64,000 nucleotides of DNA from Tubiluchus corallicola (Eukaryota; Animalia; Priapulida): NCBI GenBank assembly GCA_030141605.1, contig JAQGDQ010000011.1, positions 554,066 through 618,065 on the forward strand, given 5' to 3'. The notes beneath the pieces were generated by a model, which searched no databases, was not told the DNA's origin, and saw nothing but the letters and a program-made list of their open reading frames with translations. This document shows positions 52,701-64,000 of the stretch, piece by piece; positions within the stretch are counted from its first letter, which is position 1, and every line of letters begins with the position of its first letter. A program made the position numbers and the translations under genes.

Positions 52701-54327
52701 AAGGCCTTGATGTAGTCAAGTTCAAAATTAAAAAGGCTTAGTTTAGCAAGGTTATTTTGTATTGGCTGCTAGTGACGTCTTACGGTTTTTATTGAATTTT
52801 GGTTGCTAAGCATTACGATAATTAATTTTGTGTTTCTAGTTTCAACACTAGAACGGCTGTAGGTACACATGTAATAGGTTTAAACGTTTTTTGATAAATG
52901 CGATAAATTGTAGCGGTTTTTTTAAAATTATTTGAGAACGACAAATTTGTGAAATTTTAGATGTTGCGCCCTGAAGAAATTGAAATGCTTGTTTGTGGGA
53001 GCCCAGAACTTGATATGGAGAAACTCAGAAAAGTTACTTGCTATGATGGATACAGCAAGGACGACACCACCATTAGGTAATTAGCAAGTAATTCTAGTAC
53101 AACAATGATATTGGCTGTTTTTTCGCTTTTCCTTGTTCTGAATTTATTTTCATCACAGCTTTTTTGGGCGATACTATCTTTTCATTTATTTTATTTCTAG
53201 AACGTTCTGGGAAGTAGTAATGGAATTGTCCGAGTATCTACAGAAGCGCCTTCTATTGTTCATTACCGGAAGTGACAGGGTTCCAATAGGAGGCATGTCA
53301 GAAATGAACCTCAAGATAACCAGAATTGATGCAGATAACGAAATGTAAGTGAAGAGAAAAACCCAATTTAAAGTGGGCTTTTAAAGACCGTTTTTTCTAA
53401 ACAGTGCACGACTTAGATGGCGACATGACACTGTTGAAAATGCAATTGTTGAAAATTCTATTAATTTCTTTTATTTCCATTCACTTGAGTTTCGCAACTA
53501 GCCTAACTCGTTGTCACTCGCTTTGATTAAAATCTGGGGATTTAGGCACCGTATGAATGGACACAGTCAATGGTCACAGCATCTTTGTTGTGACTGTATA
53601 TAAATTTGCATTGTTCTAACTGGGACTTTTGTAGACCTACATGCACACAAAATTTGCTTTTCTAAATGGGTGTTTAGACTTAGAAAACTACTAACATGCT
53701 GTGTAGCAGGGCAGCAATACCAAAGCAAACAGTTTCAGTGGCGGTACGTTAAATACAACGTCACCATCTATATAACATAATGATTCAAAAAATTCGCAAT
53801 GGCCAGTTTCGATAAGTACTTAGCTGTTTTATAACTAGAGAAAGTAATGTGACAATATCAGTATTAAAAAATAACTCCATTTTTTATTGTTTAGCCGCTT
53901 TATTAGTTGTTTAATTGGAATTCAAAACGATTATAAATATTCTAACAACGTTTTTTCACCATCTTTCTTCTGTTCAGCCTTACTTTTTCTTCTCCCCAGC
54001 ACGTGCACACAACACCTCACTCCCTACGACTCTTGCGCTGAATGAGACAAGTAAAGTTTTTATTTGCTAGCAATAAATATTACTCATATAAAAACAGTTA
54101 GTATACAATATGCCAACGAAATCCTGTACTAAAAACGAAATTTGTACATATCTATAATTATTCGCTGACAAGTATCTATAAATTTGATGAACTTTCATAA
54201 TTTCAGGTTGCCTGTGTCTCACACGTGTTTCAATCAGCTAGTTCTGCCTGATTACAGGGACAAAAGGACGTTAAAGAAAAAACTGGTCGTAGCTATATCA
54301 AATGCAGAGGGATTTGGCTTGGAATAG
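36942..54327 (+). CDS. HECTD2: HECT-type E3 ubiquitin-protein ligase HECTD2 (~782 aa; ~790 aa with microexon)
   Basis: Phase-consistent GT-AG exons: 36942-37148, 41245-41462, 42888-42990, 43429-43518, 43667-43728, [44101-44124], 44241-44286, 44835-44944, 45611-45759, 46390-46513, 47131-47227, 48599-48706, 49345-49477, 49783-49871, 50275-50436, 51098-51260, 52182-52288, 52961-53076, 53201-53344, 54207-54327. Recognisable HECTD2 motifs: HHFLVHWF, WWIPSATKVLALL, FSFCQYPF, DLKKKLKVNFVGEAGLDMGGLTKEWFLLLIRQIF, GFHSVCASNAL, catalytic HTCFNQL and the terminal EGFGLE*. Exons 1-2 are joined by phase and position only. Confidence 0.96.
39583..40217. mobile_element. hAT-like non-autonomous element nested in another repeat
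   Basis: Imperfect TIRs CAGTGCCAGATT / AATTCGGTTCTG; 8-bp flanks GGTGTCAG / TGTGTCAG; GGGCC-rich subtermini. Confidence 0.65.
42100..42600. repeat. Degenerate ~12-bp minisatellite (ATGAAGCCCTGC-like)
   Basis: AAGCC/AAACC recurs with ~12-bp period; intronic. Confidence 0.8.
43157..43291 (-). mobile_element. tRNA-derived SINE with a Meta-domain-like body
   Basis: Minus strand GGCTAAGTCGTAACGCG...GAGTTCGATACT (A/B-box-like) is followed by ACCAAAAACTTTAAAAATGGCACCTGCTG...CCTGCCTGACGC, resembling the MetaSINE central domain as I recall it. Confidence 0.7.
43825..43888. repeat. (CT)n microsatellite
   Basis: About 32 units. Confidence 0.97.
48130..48460 (+). mobile_element. Tc1/mariner transposase C-terminal remnant in a HECTD2 intron
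   Basis: Reads IIFFD*TERLGNSLDLNSTKHIRAILKDRVD (cf. WPxNSPDLNPIE motif) and, frameshifted, FEPLFSSYP*KLLAM. Confidence 0.65.
49872..50274 (+). other. U12-type (minor spliceosome) GT-AG intron
   Basis: 5' splice site GTATCCTTT; branch-like TTTTACCTCAAC at 50253-50264, ~10 nt before the AG. Phase 0, joining FHLVGV to LMGLAVYNS. Confidence 0.9.
52382..52530. repeat. Mosaic tandem repeat of CAGCAACTTGAG / AGTGAAACTT(A)TGTAA units
   Basis: Three partly overlapping copies are directly visible. Confidence 0.85.
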
Positions 54328-55916
54328 CCCCACCTATTATCAATATTGCTGCTAGCATATTAAGTGGCGGAGAGATTTAATTATATTTTTTCTATATATG
54401 TATATGTATTGTATTGTTTGGAACTATGAAAAGAGGTTTTAAAGCGTGTGGGTTAGGCCTAACCATTTAAAAAAGGTACGCAAAATCATTCTAGCAGTCG
54501 TGTGATAGAGTTTAATTTTTTGTTGCTCATATTACATGCCTAGACTTATTTTTTGTTTCTAATCCCTAATTCCGTTAAACTGGTTTTACTCTGAAATTTC
54601 TAAAGGGTCAGGATATTGCATAGCTTAGACTCAGTATAGCTCGACTTGCACCTGTGCTCTCAAAAGCTTTGCCTTGTCCTGTAAGTGTAAAGTAAAAACG
54701 TCTATCAGAACCAACCAAAAACAATGCAGTGAAGAATGAGTCTTAAATTTTCGGGACAGCAGACTTGGTTTCTTTAAAGTGTATACACAAAGAAGACCTG
54801 TTACCAACTCTGTATGGGCCGAATACTGACCAAGTTTCGCATTCCAGAAGTGTAGCTTGGGCTTGAATTATATATGACTTTTATGATTTCACAGAATGGT
54901 GTTCAGAAAACAATGTTAAAAACTAGTAATTGTTAAACTTTTCTGATACTTTAAGGTCTCTGTGAAATCGAGCCTGTAATTGTTTGACACCAGTAAGCCC
55001 ATGTTCTTTTTATCTTTGATTTATATATATTTGAGATGTTACAAAGAAAATTAAATTGCTGCTCCATGTTTTTTATTGGTTTAAGTTGTAATTTTACTTA
55101 GCTTAGCTCAAATCTAATGTAACCTGCAACCACAATGACCTGTAATATTTATTCTGTACATTCTAAGTTGGCTAAATTTGCTATTCTTTCTTCAAATTTT
55201 TCTCTCAAAATTGTTTAATAATATTCTTGTTTATTTCTACATAGTTTGTGCTATAAACGTATATTGTTGGACTTATTCGTCTGATGAGTATTTAGAGTAA
55301 TTTCAAGTTTATTATCCTACGCTGTAGGAATAGCTGTTGCCTTGAGGACCTAAACTGCGCGGTTCCCCTGTGCCTTACTCTTTCATCTTATTTACTAATG
55401 ATGTTCAATTAAGGTTGCCATGTTTGATTTAGAAAAGCAATTCGAACAGGTATGGTGGTAACTCGTTCATTTTAAACTTAATGTTTGTTTGCAATGCTAA
55501 TGAGTTCATTATGATAAATAATTTATTGAAAACTGGCAGACAAGGGTGTATTTTTACAATAATTTGAGCTGTTAAATTAAATCCATCCTTAAATTGTAAA
55601 GACTATGAATTGTATTTGGTATTTGACGTCACTTAGCATATAAGACAATGTAAGACGTTTGACAATAAATTACTACTAGTGTTGGTGCTGCTGGTACCGT
55701 CATTGCCACTGTCACCACTGCTATTACTGCTGCTACCGCTGCTGCTACTACTACTACTACTGCCGCCGCCGCTGCTGCTGCTGTTCTGCTTTACTGCTGC
55801 TGTTGCTTCTCTGCTCTGCTGCTGCACCCGCTACCATTATTAAGGGGGTGCCAGGTAAACTACAAAAAGTAGAGGACATAGTTGGCCTATAATACAGCTT
55901 ATAATAGGCCTACGTT

Positions 55917-58900
55917 AGATTTACATTTTTATTTGGTTGATTTGTACAAACATGCACATTATACACGTTGTCAAATTATGTACACACATACACACATTTC
56001 AAAACAGCAATAACAATAATGCGATGACGAAGGGTTAGTACAAACCAGCCTCGGGATGAGGAAGAGCGTAAACCTTTGTATCTCACACGGGGGTTGCGGA
56101 AAGCATTAGTACAGAAAACTTAAAAGTTAATACATTAAAAAAACAAAACATGAGAAAATGGCATTAAAACATACAAAGTGCAAGTAAATTCATGCTGATG
56201 ATACTAATGATGTACAGTAAAATTTGGTTATTTAATAAGAATACCGAGACAAAAGATGATCAAAAATATACTTTTTAAACAACCACATTGGATAGTTTCT
56301 GATAACAGTGGGTATTTGTGCCCAGAGCTGAATACTGGTGTATGAGGGGTTACGATGACCATAATTAGTATGAATAGCAACAGGATAGTAATTGGTAACA
56401 GTCCTTCGAACTGTGAATTAGTTGAACGGGTATTAAAAACTACGAAAAGCTGGAGGAAGCAGATTATTTATGATAATATTTACACATAAATAATAATCAC
56501 TCACGTTTATACAATTCATTGTATAAGTTTTAAAATTCTACTTGTATAATATATATGATTCCTATTTGTTAGTAGAAGATATTTAAATATTACTCTAATA
56601 CATCTATTTTGCAACGTTTGTAAAGGTCGTAATGACGTATCATAAACTGAACCGTAACGTAATCTAACTGTAATATAAAAAAGGATGTACAATAGCAAAA
56701 TAGACTTTGATAAGGATATCAACAATTGTATAGTGGCTTAATGTATACAATATACCTGATGTTCGTGCCAGTTTGGTTTTAACATAGTTAACGTGATGAA
56801 ACCACATTTTATTATCTATTATAACCCCAATATATTGGACATATTCTTTTTCTTCAATTTTTTACCATCTATGCGCAAAATAAAATTTTTGATATCTGTG
56901 TTTGACCTGCCTTTGAAAATCACGTAGTTCGTTTATTTCAAATTAAAAGATAATCTATTAGTATCAAACCAATTGCTTAGTTGAGGAAATTCAGTACTGA
57001 GTACATTTTGTATGTTTTCTAACGAAGCATCTGCATAAAAATTTTTTGTGTCATCGACAAAAAGTCTGAAATTTAACAAGCTGAAAATGTTTGGCAGATC
57101 ATTCACAAAAATCAAAAATAGCAGTGGTCCCAGGATAGACCCCATAGGAAACACCGCATTTAATTGACATAGTATTAGACCATACACCATGTGTTTCAAA
57201 AATTCGGGTTCTGTGATACAGACAGTTTTTAAATCACAGTAATTCAGTATTTTTTTACACCATAATGATTTAGTATTTCTATAAGAATGTCAAAATGCAC
57301 AGTATCAAAAGACTTAGTTAAATCAATAAACAAGCCATAAAACTGGTTTTTATTATCTAGTGCCTCATAAATGCGATCAGTGATTTCAAAAAGGGCGAAC
57401 TGTTTACTATGAGACTCGCAAAAGGTAAACTGAAAGTCAAACAAGAGATTATTGTTTTCCTTGAGAAATTTTGTAGGACGATTAAACACAAGCCTTTCTA
57501 AGACTTTTGATACTGTTGATAATATAGAAATACGCCTATAACTGTTGTAGATTCAGATTTGTGAAGTGGCACCACTTTAACGCTTTTAAATCTGTTAAGA
57601 AATATTCCAGTACTAAAGGAAGCATTGGAAATTAACCTCAGTGGTGTCGCTATTAGGTCTTGACATAATTGGAAAACCGAAATTGGGATACCATCAAGAC
57701 CGCTAAAGTTTTTATGCTGCAGATTTTCAATTAAAGTAATAATTTCAGCATTTGTGCATTCCGAAAACTTAAATGTATCTGGGTTGGAAATACTTGGAAA
57801 ATCTAAAGCGAAGTTATTTGTTGCAGGGATCTGCTGAGCCAGTTTAGGACCAATGTTACAAAAGTCTGCATTAAATACATTAGCTAATTCCTTGGGAAAA
57901 TAAATTTTATCGCCGTTTTCTATTTCAATTAAGATACAAATTTGTTTATTTGATTTTTAAGGTCGCAAAATACGCCTAGATGATCACTAATATCATATAA
58001 CAGAATACTAGAATCAATTTTAAATTGTAAACAATTAATGTAAATGTGATCAGGATATGATGGATTTTGATTAGATGAAATTCTAGTTGGTTTTGTAAAT
58101 AGAGGTTTAAATAGAGGACCATAACATATTGACATAATTATTAATATTGTCGTTCAAATTCGTTGTGTTCAATTCAGATTTATATCCCCCAAAACATTTC
58201 TTTTGTTCATTATTGATTTTGTCCAACTTTACATCAAGAGAATTTCTGAATTCATCAATTTCACATTTGAGACTACGAGAGTGACGATATATAGCACCTA
58301 TTATAATGTTTTTCTCAGAACCAGGTGTGATAATTTCAGCCCATACATTTTCACAAGAAGGACTGGATAGTTTTAAGTCAGACCGAGGTATATATTTTAA
58401 ATCAGAGCTAATGTAGAGACAACAAACCCCCACTAGCAGTAGGAGCATCGTCTCTAAGGTCAGGTAGAGAGTTAATCGGGTAGCAAACGGGGATATTAAA
58501 GGAAGTGTGAATTGCCAGATGGCAGCACGGTGCAGCATCGGCTCAAAGAGCGCAACACGCGCACAACAGTCGGGCGTATTTATAACCTGTACTCCACAAT
58601 CATTAAAAAGATCCCGCAAAAGCTTTTCCATGCGATAAAAAAAATTAGATATCGTAAACGCTGAAAGACGCTCATAATGGTAAAGTGAACTTGCAAAAGA
58701 GTGATTTGTGAACAAAAATTGGTGTCCGCCTGCAACACTTATAGTGTTTTCTAAGCTAATACGAAGAGTTACATACCTCATCAAGACTAAATAGTAATTT
58801 TGTCGCATTGTTATTTCAAGTTATTCAATTACAAATTGTTATAACATTGAGTAAACGCAGTAACGATCTATTTTTGTATGCTAACTCCAGCCGAACTAGT

Positions 58901-60100
58901 AATGGACTTATAAAAACTGCTTGTTTCTTGCTTTTATAAATGATGGGAAATAATGCTCTTTAGGCTTACAAACAACTTTTTCACCGTTTCATTTACGTCA
59001 GATTGCTTTCATCTGTAAGAAACTGTGATAGTAACTGTTATGGCAAGCAGATATAGAAGTGACAAACACAACATAGCCTAAAACGTCAATTGTATAACAA
59101 AGTGAAAAATATTTATAATCTCAAAATATTTGTAAAGTCTAAATCCATTCTTGAATCAGCCAAATAAAAATTCGAAGCCATTTTGTTTTTTTTTTGCTTG
59201 AAAAACGGCAAATTATTCTTTCCGTTATTTTTGCACCACTTTATTTTATGGGGGGGGGATAGTACTAACAAATCAGGAAAAACAACACCACTAACAAATC
59301 CGCTTCTCTCGCAGTCTGTTGTTGTTTGTTACACTCTGTAAAAGAATTCTCTTTTGAAATAAAAGCTGGTGTTTTAAAAACGTGGTTGTTGGAAAACCGC
59401 CACGTTGCTTTTGTTCCATAGATAAATGCTCGTCAGATTTTGCGACATTAATTTGGACCATGTTGTAAAATTTATAACAGCGGACGTCAGAAGAAAATGA
59501 ACTCACTACATGCCATGGATATGCGCTTGATAGTACTTAGATAAACTCAAATTGCGTTCGTAACTCGCGCTGGTAAAAACAGCACTGATAATATATCACT
59601 TTACGTGCTTACATCACCATTCTCTGAGCGAATTTTCAAATTTTTGTTCTGGCCGGTGAAAGTAATGATAAACATGACGTCACCGCTGCAGCTTCTGAGT
59701 GGGGACCTGGCAGGTGATTAAACATCTTCGGCTAGGCCCAGAGGTGTCTCTTTTAGTAACGCCTGTAGCTTGACCTTTTGCTCCATCTTACGGGCGCAAA
59801 CACTTTTAACATTAATTACGGTTTTATAAGAAAATTTTGTTTCTGAAATACATGTCATTTTAACGGCATTGCTAATATCATGCAACAGTGACACAGTGTT
59901 GAAATGCATTAAAGCAAAACTCTCTTTCTTACTTGTCAGTCTACTACTAAACATTATTTTATCATAACATCTGAAAAGCTTCATGAAGAAAACCGAAGAA
60001 TGACTTTGATTTTCTTGAGTGTGTATGTTAAGCAAATCGATGTCAGTAAAGTCGCGTTGGGATGTCAAGGAATCCTAATCATTGGCAACAACTAGAAGAA
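55917..60100 (-). mobile_element. Degraded CR1/L2-type LINE ORF2 (APE endonuclease + reverse transcriptase), interrupted by a ~1.35-kb unclassified insert
   Basis: EN motifs FALMHFNTVSL...CISETK (~59800-59930), ENVWAEI...IIIGAIYRH and ISDHL; RT motifs LFIDLTKSFDTVHFDIL and PMGSILGPLLFLIFVNDL...LFVDDT; C-terminal LQTLQNRCIRVI. Many frameshifts. Homology is broken at ~58457-59800. Confidence 0.9.
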
Positions 60101-61787
60101 GTCACATTACACGGCATTTAAGTGCGTTTTTCTGCATTTGTGTAAACACTGCAGTTTTTGTTCCAAGAAGGAAGGTCGCCGCCACAGTGGTGTCCAATAA
60201 ACACTTTTCAGAGTTTATTTCACGCCTGTTTTGCCTGGGGAGCTATAATTTGGCTAACAACATCTGATAATGAGCATAGCTTAGAAACATGGTAAGCTGC
60301 TACTTTAATTTACTGCCCATTCTGCAATGCACATTGTTGTCGAATGGCATTATTTGTTCGTTACAAGAGATCTAAATAAGATGCTACGATGTTTTGTTTA
60401 CTCGTGTTTATTTTCTGCTTTTATTTTTGATTATCATACGTCAACGAACCTCTAATCGTTTTCGTAAACAGCACACAGAAGGCAATCACGCATGCGCCAA
60501 AGCACAGACATAAACTTACGATTTAACGTGGTTTCAATTTCAAAAGCAAACACTTAAAAAGTTTTCATCCCTTTGCTAAAATTGCAAAGCTAAACGTTAT
60601 TTACGATCCCAACCCATGAAGACACATCAAACGTTCGTAATTTTATTTACAATCGCCATTATCGGCGGCGCAGAGAAAGTGAAAAGTAATTACTGCGCAT
60701 GTGCAAAAACATACTTGTCACTATAAACCTTGTTGTTGAACATGCTTCGTGAAAAAAACAGTCATCCGTGGCGATTCAAAAATTTTGTAAAGGGGATCTC
60801 AGTGTGGATTCTCGTAACGTTGTAAACGATGAGTCAGCAAGATACTAGACGGGAGTTTAATCAGATGGTAGCAACCTCAAGGGAGTGTTGAGGGATTATT
60901 TTTGAAAATTAAAACAGTTCTGGTCCTGCTACAACCATCTACGCTAAGTATACCGTGTAGATGAATGCTGAAGCCAAAAACCAGAGTACAAGTTTCATTA
61001 ACAGCATCATCATATCGCTATAAAGAAAACAACTAAAGTAGTAACTTGTGTTCGAAACAAACGACAAGGCAATTCAAAATTAAATTAATTTACAAGGCAA
61101 GCAGTGTCCATTAGTTGTTTTTCCATTCCAGTGTCCATTTTCAGTTTTAGCATTATTCTGTTATGGTTTAAAAATGTTTGGTTCTTAACTCAGTAATTTA
61201 ATTTAGTTGTGTTTTGTCTCTGCATGCGGTTCTTCACGTGCCTTTTGACTATTTCATTTTCACATTCACATTTAAGTCTACACAATTTAACACGTGTTGT
61301 CTTAATAAGTTTCCGATATCCCGTAAATTATATCAATTCTAAACGCTGATTTTAAACAATCGTGACAATGATTATATTGCAAATTAATTTAATTTTGAAT
61401 TAACTTGCATTTTCTTGAAAATCTGATGAAAAATAGGAATATTTCAAAACGTTGTGTTCAGTAAGCATGTGCGATATACTGAAACAATGCTTCGCTTTCA
61501 ATTTCTATTTTAACACACAAGTTTGTAAGCTCAAAACGATTATTTTCAAAATTTGGGAAATTCCTAACCGTGGATTAGCCACATGTTTGTCGAACAACTG
61601 AAAGAAGCCCTGGTCTCTATGCTGCTCATAGAAGTTATAAATAATGAGTTTTATGTTTCTTACGGGGTCGCGCTATCACCCGTAAATTGAGTTTTAAGAT
61701 CTAGCGCAGCTTTATCTACAAAATTGAATACGCAGTACTAAACCAAAAAAACAAGGAAGCACACGTCTTCTGTTGATGGGATTGCAT

Positions 61788-62120
61788 GACAACAACGATG
61801 ATGACGACCACGACGACAATGATGATGATGATGATGGTGATGATGATAATGATGATGATGACGACGATAATGATAATAATGGTGATGACAATGATGATGA
61901 TGATGATAATGATGGCGATAATGATGACCGTGATGGTAATGATGGTGATGATGATGATGAAGCAGAAGACGAAGAAGAAAAAGAAGAACAAGAAGATGAT
62001 GATGATGACGATTATCATGATGATGATGATGACGATGATGATGATGATGATGACGATGATGATGACAAGGACCTGCCGATGGCAACACTAATAGCAGTAA
62101 TGATGGCGATGGTAATGGTC
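61788..62120. repeat. (GAT)n/(GAA)n-rich trinucleotide tract
   Basis: Directly visible; explains the poly-D/M/H/I ORFs. Confidence 0.95.
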
Positions 62121-62929
62121 TTAACAATGGTGCCGACAATTTAATGAAGACAGTAACACTAACCCGACAATAACATCTTTAAAAGTGACAGCAATTGTGA
62201 AAATGTTACAATGAGTATATGTGTTACAGTGTTGTATCATACAGTAAGACTAGTATTCCTAAACGAATAAGCCACAGAAGGAACTGAACTTTAGTGAACT
62301 CTCTCAGAACCAGTAAGAACCAACAACTCCTCTAATAATCACTGACTTACACGTCTCTTTGCATGACGCCTACAAATCAAGCTACTAAATGGACTTGAAT
62401 CCATGGCCCAGACATTAATGCTAGTCAAATCAGCTGATATTGCTGTTAATTACGATTGTGTAGATCCTATTATTCCTGTCACCAGCACGCAGCAAATGGC
62501 TTAGCGTCGTAAAGGCTATATCCAGATCAACAGGTCGATGAGTATTGCGAAGACGTAGACATCGACTGAACGAATCGGCAAGCGTGGGAATCAATTCCAT
62601 ATCGTTGTCTGATTGAATCAGCGAATGTCAGAAACACGCGGGGAATTATAATTCTCCGTTTCGGATAACCTGCCAAGTCCCTACACAAGTCTAATCTACA
62701 ATAGAAAGGACTTTTTTAGAAAATGGGTGTATTTTTATGTTAATATTATTAAATAGCAACTGAATGGTAGTTTATTTTATAATGCATTATTTTAACAATG
62801 CATTTAATAATCATGTAGATCTATAAAAACATTTTCGCTGAAACTCCTCATGCATTTTACTTATCGTAATTTTGCTAAGAAAGTGTACTTCAGCTGCTTC
62901 ACAGGCCCACTTGTTTTGCGAAATGACAT

Positions 62930-63212
62930 TAGTTGTTTGTTTGTTTGCTTGGTTGTATGTTTGTTTGTTTGTTTGCATGTATGTATGTGTGTTTGTTTGC
63001 ATGTTTGTTTATTTCTTTGCTTGTTTTTGTTTTTTTGTTTGTTTGTTTGCTTAGTTACTTGTTTGGTTATTTAGCTGATTGACTGACTGATAGACTGACT
63101 GACTGCTGAATGAATGAATGAATAACAGCAACAACAACAAACAACAACAACAAAAACAAAAACAACAAAAACAGCAACAGCAACAGCAACAGTAGCAGCA
63201 GCAGTAGCAGTA
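62930..63212. repeat. Compound simple repeats (TTTG)n/(ACTG)n/(CAA)n/(CAG)n
   Basis: Directly visible. Confidence 0.9.
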
Positions 63213-64000
63213 ACCACATACTTAATGCAAAAATCATAATAAACTGTTAACAGTTATTTACTCAATGTTTGTTGAGAATATTTATAACATACGCTATTTC
63301 TCTCATAATTCATTGTGATTTACATCCATTGCGCATGCCCAGAGTTAGTTACGTTTCGAGAAGCCGCTAAGCGCATTGTCAACTTTCTTATTAACTTCAG
63401 CAGGCGCGCAACGCTCTGGTTATAAACTATGATATTTAAGCGCGATGTCATCATGCAGGAAGAGTATGTTTTATATTGTGACTGGACGTCTAAATCACCT
63501 TATGAGCACGAAAAAACTCGCCTACTTGCTACTCAACGAATAATGAGGGTGTTTTTTCTACAAAATTTCGAGTGCATATTTCCAAGCACTATATAAATAG
63601 TCGAAACAATACCACCTGTCAGAGTATATGTGTTAGCAAATATTTTAACAGAATTAAAAATTCGCTTATTTTGTGGTAAATTGCAAATGACTTAGTTGGG
63701 TTAACCTGATATTGGATTAAAGAAACTAATGAAATGGTAAAATATTTCTTTACCTCAGGATTATCATTGTGCACAATCTTAAGCCTATTTATCAGTTTCT
63801 TTTTCAACCTAACGTATCTATAATGTATTTTCCAAGATACCTCTATAAGATAACGAAGGTGCTGCAACTATCCAGCTAGAAAATATGACGACGTGCGATA
63901 CTTGCAACTGCTAAGCAGCTGCGGTCTAGCCGTGCGGTTAGTCTTCATTTGCCATTGTTTCTACGGAATTTTTTCTACAATTTTGAGACAAAGAGCTGAA

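Noticed and set aside
58107-58808. 233-aa ORF as a host gene
   Set aside because: Chimeric frame: only the C-terminal half is LINE endonuclease, and the rest runs into the insert.
61716-62144. Poly-Asp/His/Met ORFs as a biomineralisation protein
   Set aside because: Open in several frames because of (GAT)n; similar tracts recur in introns (e.g. 49667-49712, 50590-50730); no signal peptide or splice support.

Overview
AT-rich eukaryotic (invertebrate animal-like) genomic DNA with spliceosomal introns and many repeats. There are no prokaryotic features, CRISPR arrays, rRNA or tRNA genes. Three protein-coding loci can be assembled by hand. (1) A minus-strand multi-EGF gene (exons 4953 down to 704, 3' end not found) with His/Tyr/Gly-rich, partly 7-Cys EGF repeats. 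(2) A minus-strand GPI-anchored Ly6/uPAR (quiver/sleepless-like) three-finger gene (21689-22643) whose signal-peptide exon is unresolved. (3) A complete plus-strand HECTD2 E3 ligase gene (36942-54327; 19 exons plus a 24-nt cassette microexon, one U12-type intron, N-terminal CxxC...CxxC motif). The rest holds decayed RTE and CR1/L2 LINEs, a Tc1 transposase remnant, MITEs, a tRNA-derived SINE and microsatellites. The most unusual signals are: an inverted pair of Penelope-type minimal hammerhead ribozymes next to the Ly6 exon; an apparent 16-nt GT-AG intron followed by an in-frame 27-nt microexon in the Ly6 gene; a solo-LTR-like insert with AGT...ACT termini; and a cluster of ~47-nt introns with no continuous ORF. 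All family assignments are from motif recognition by eye; no database search was run.
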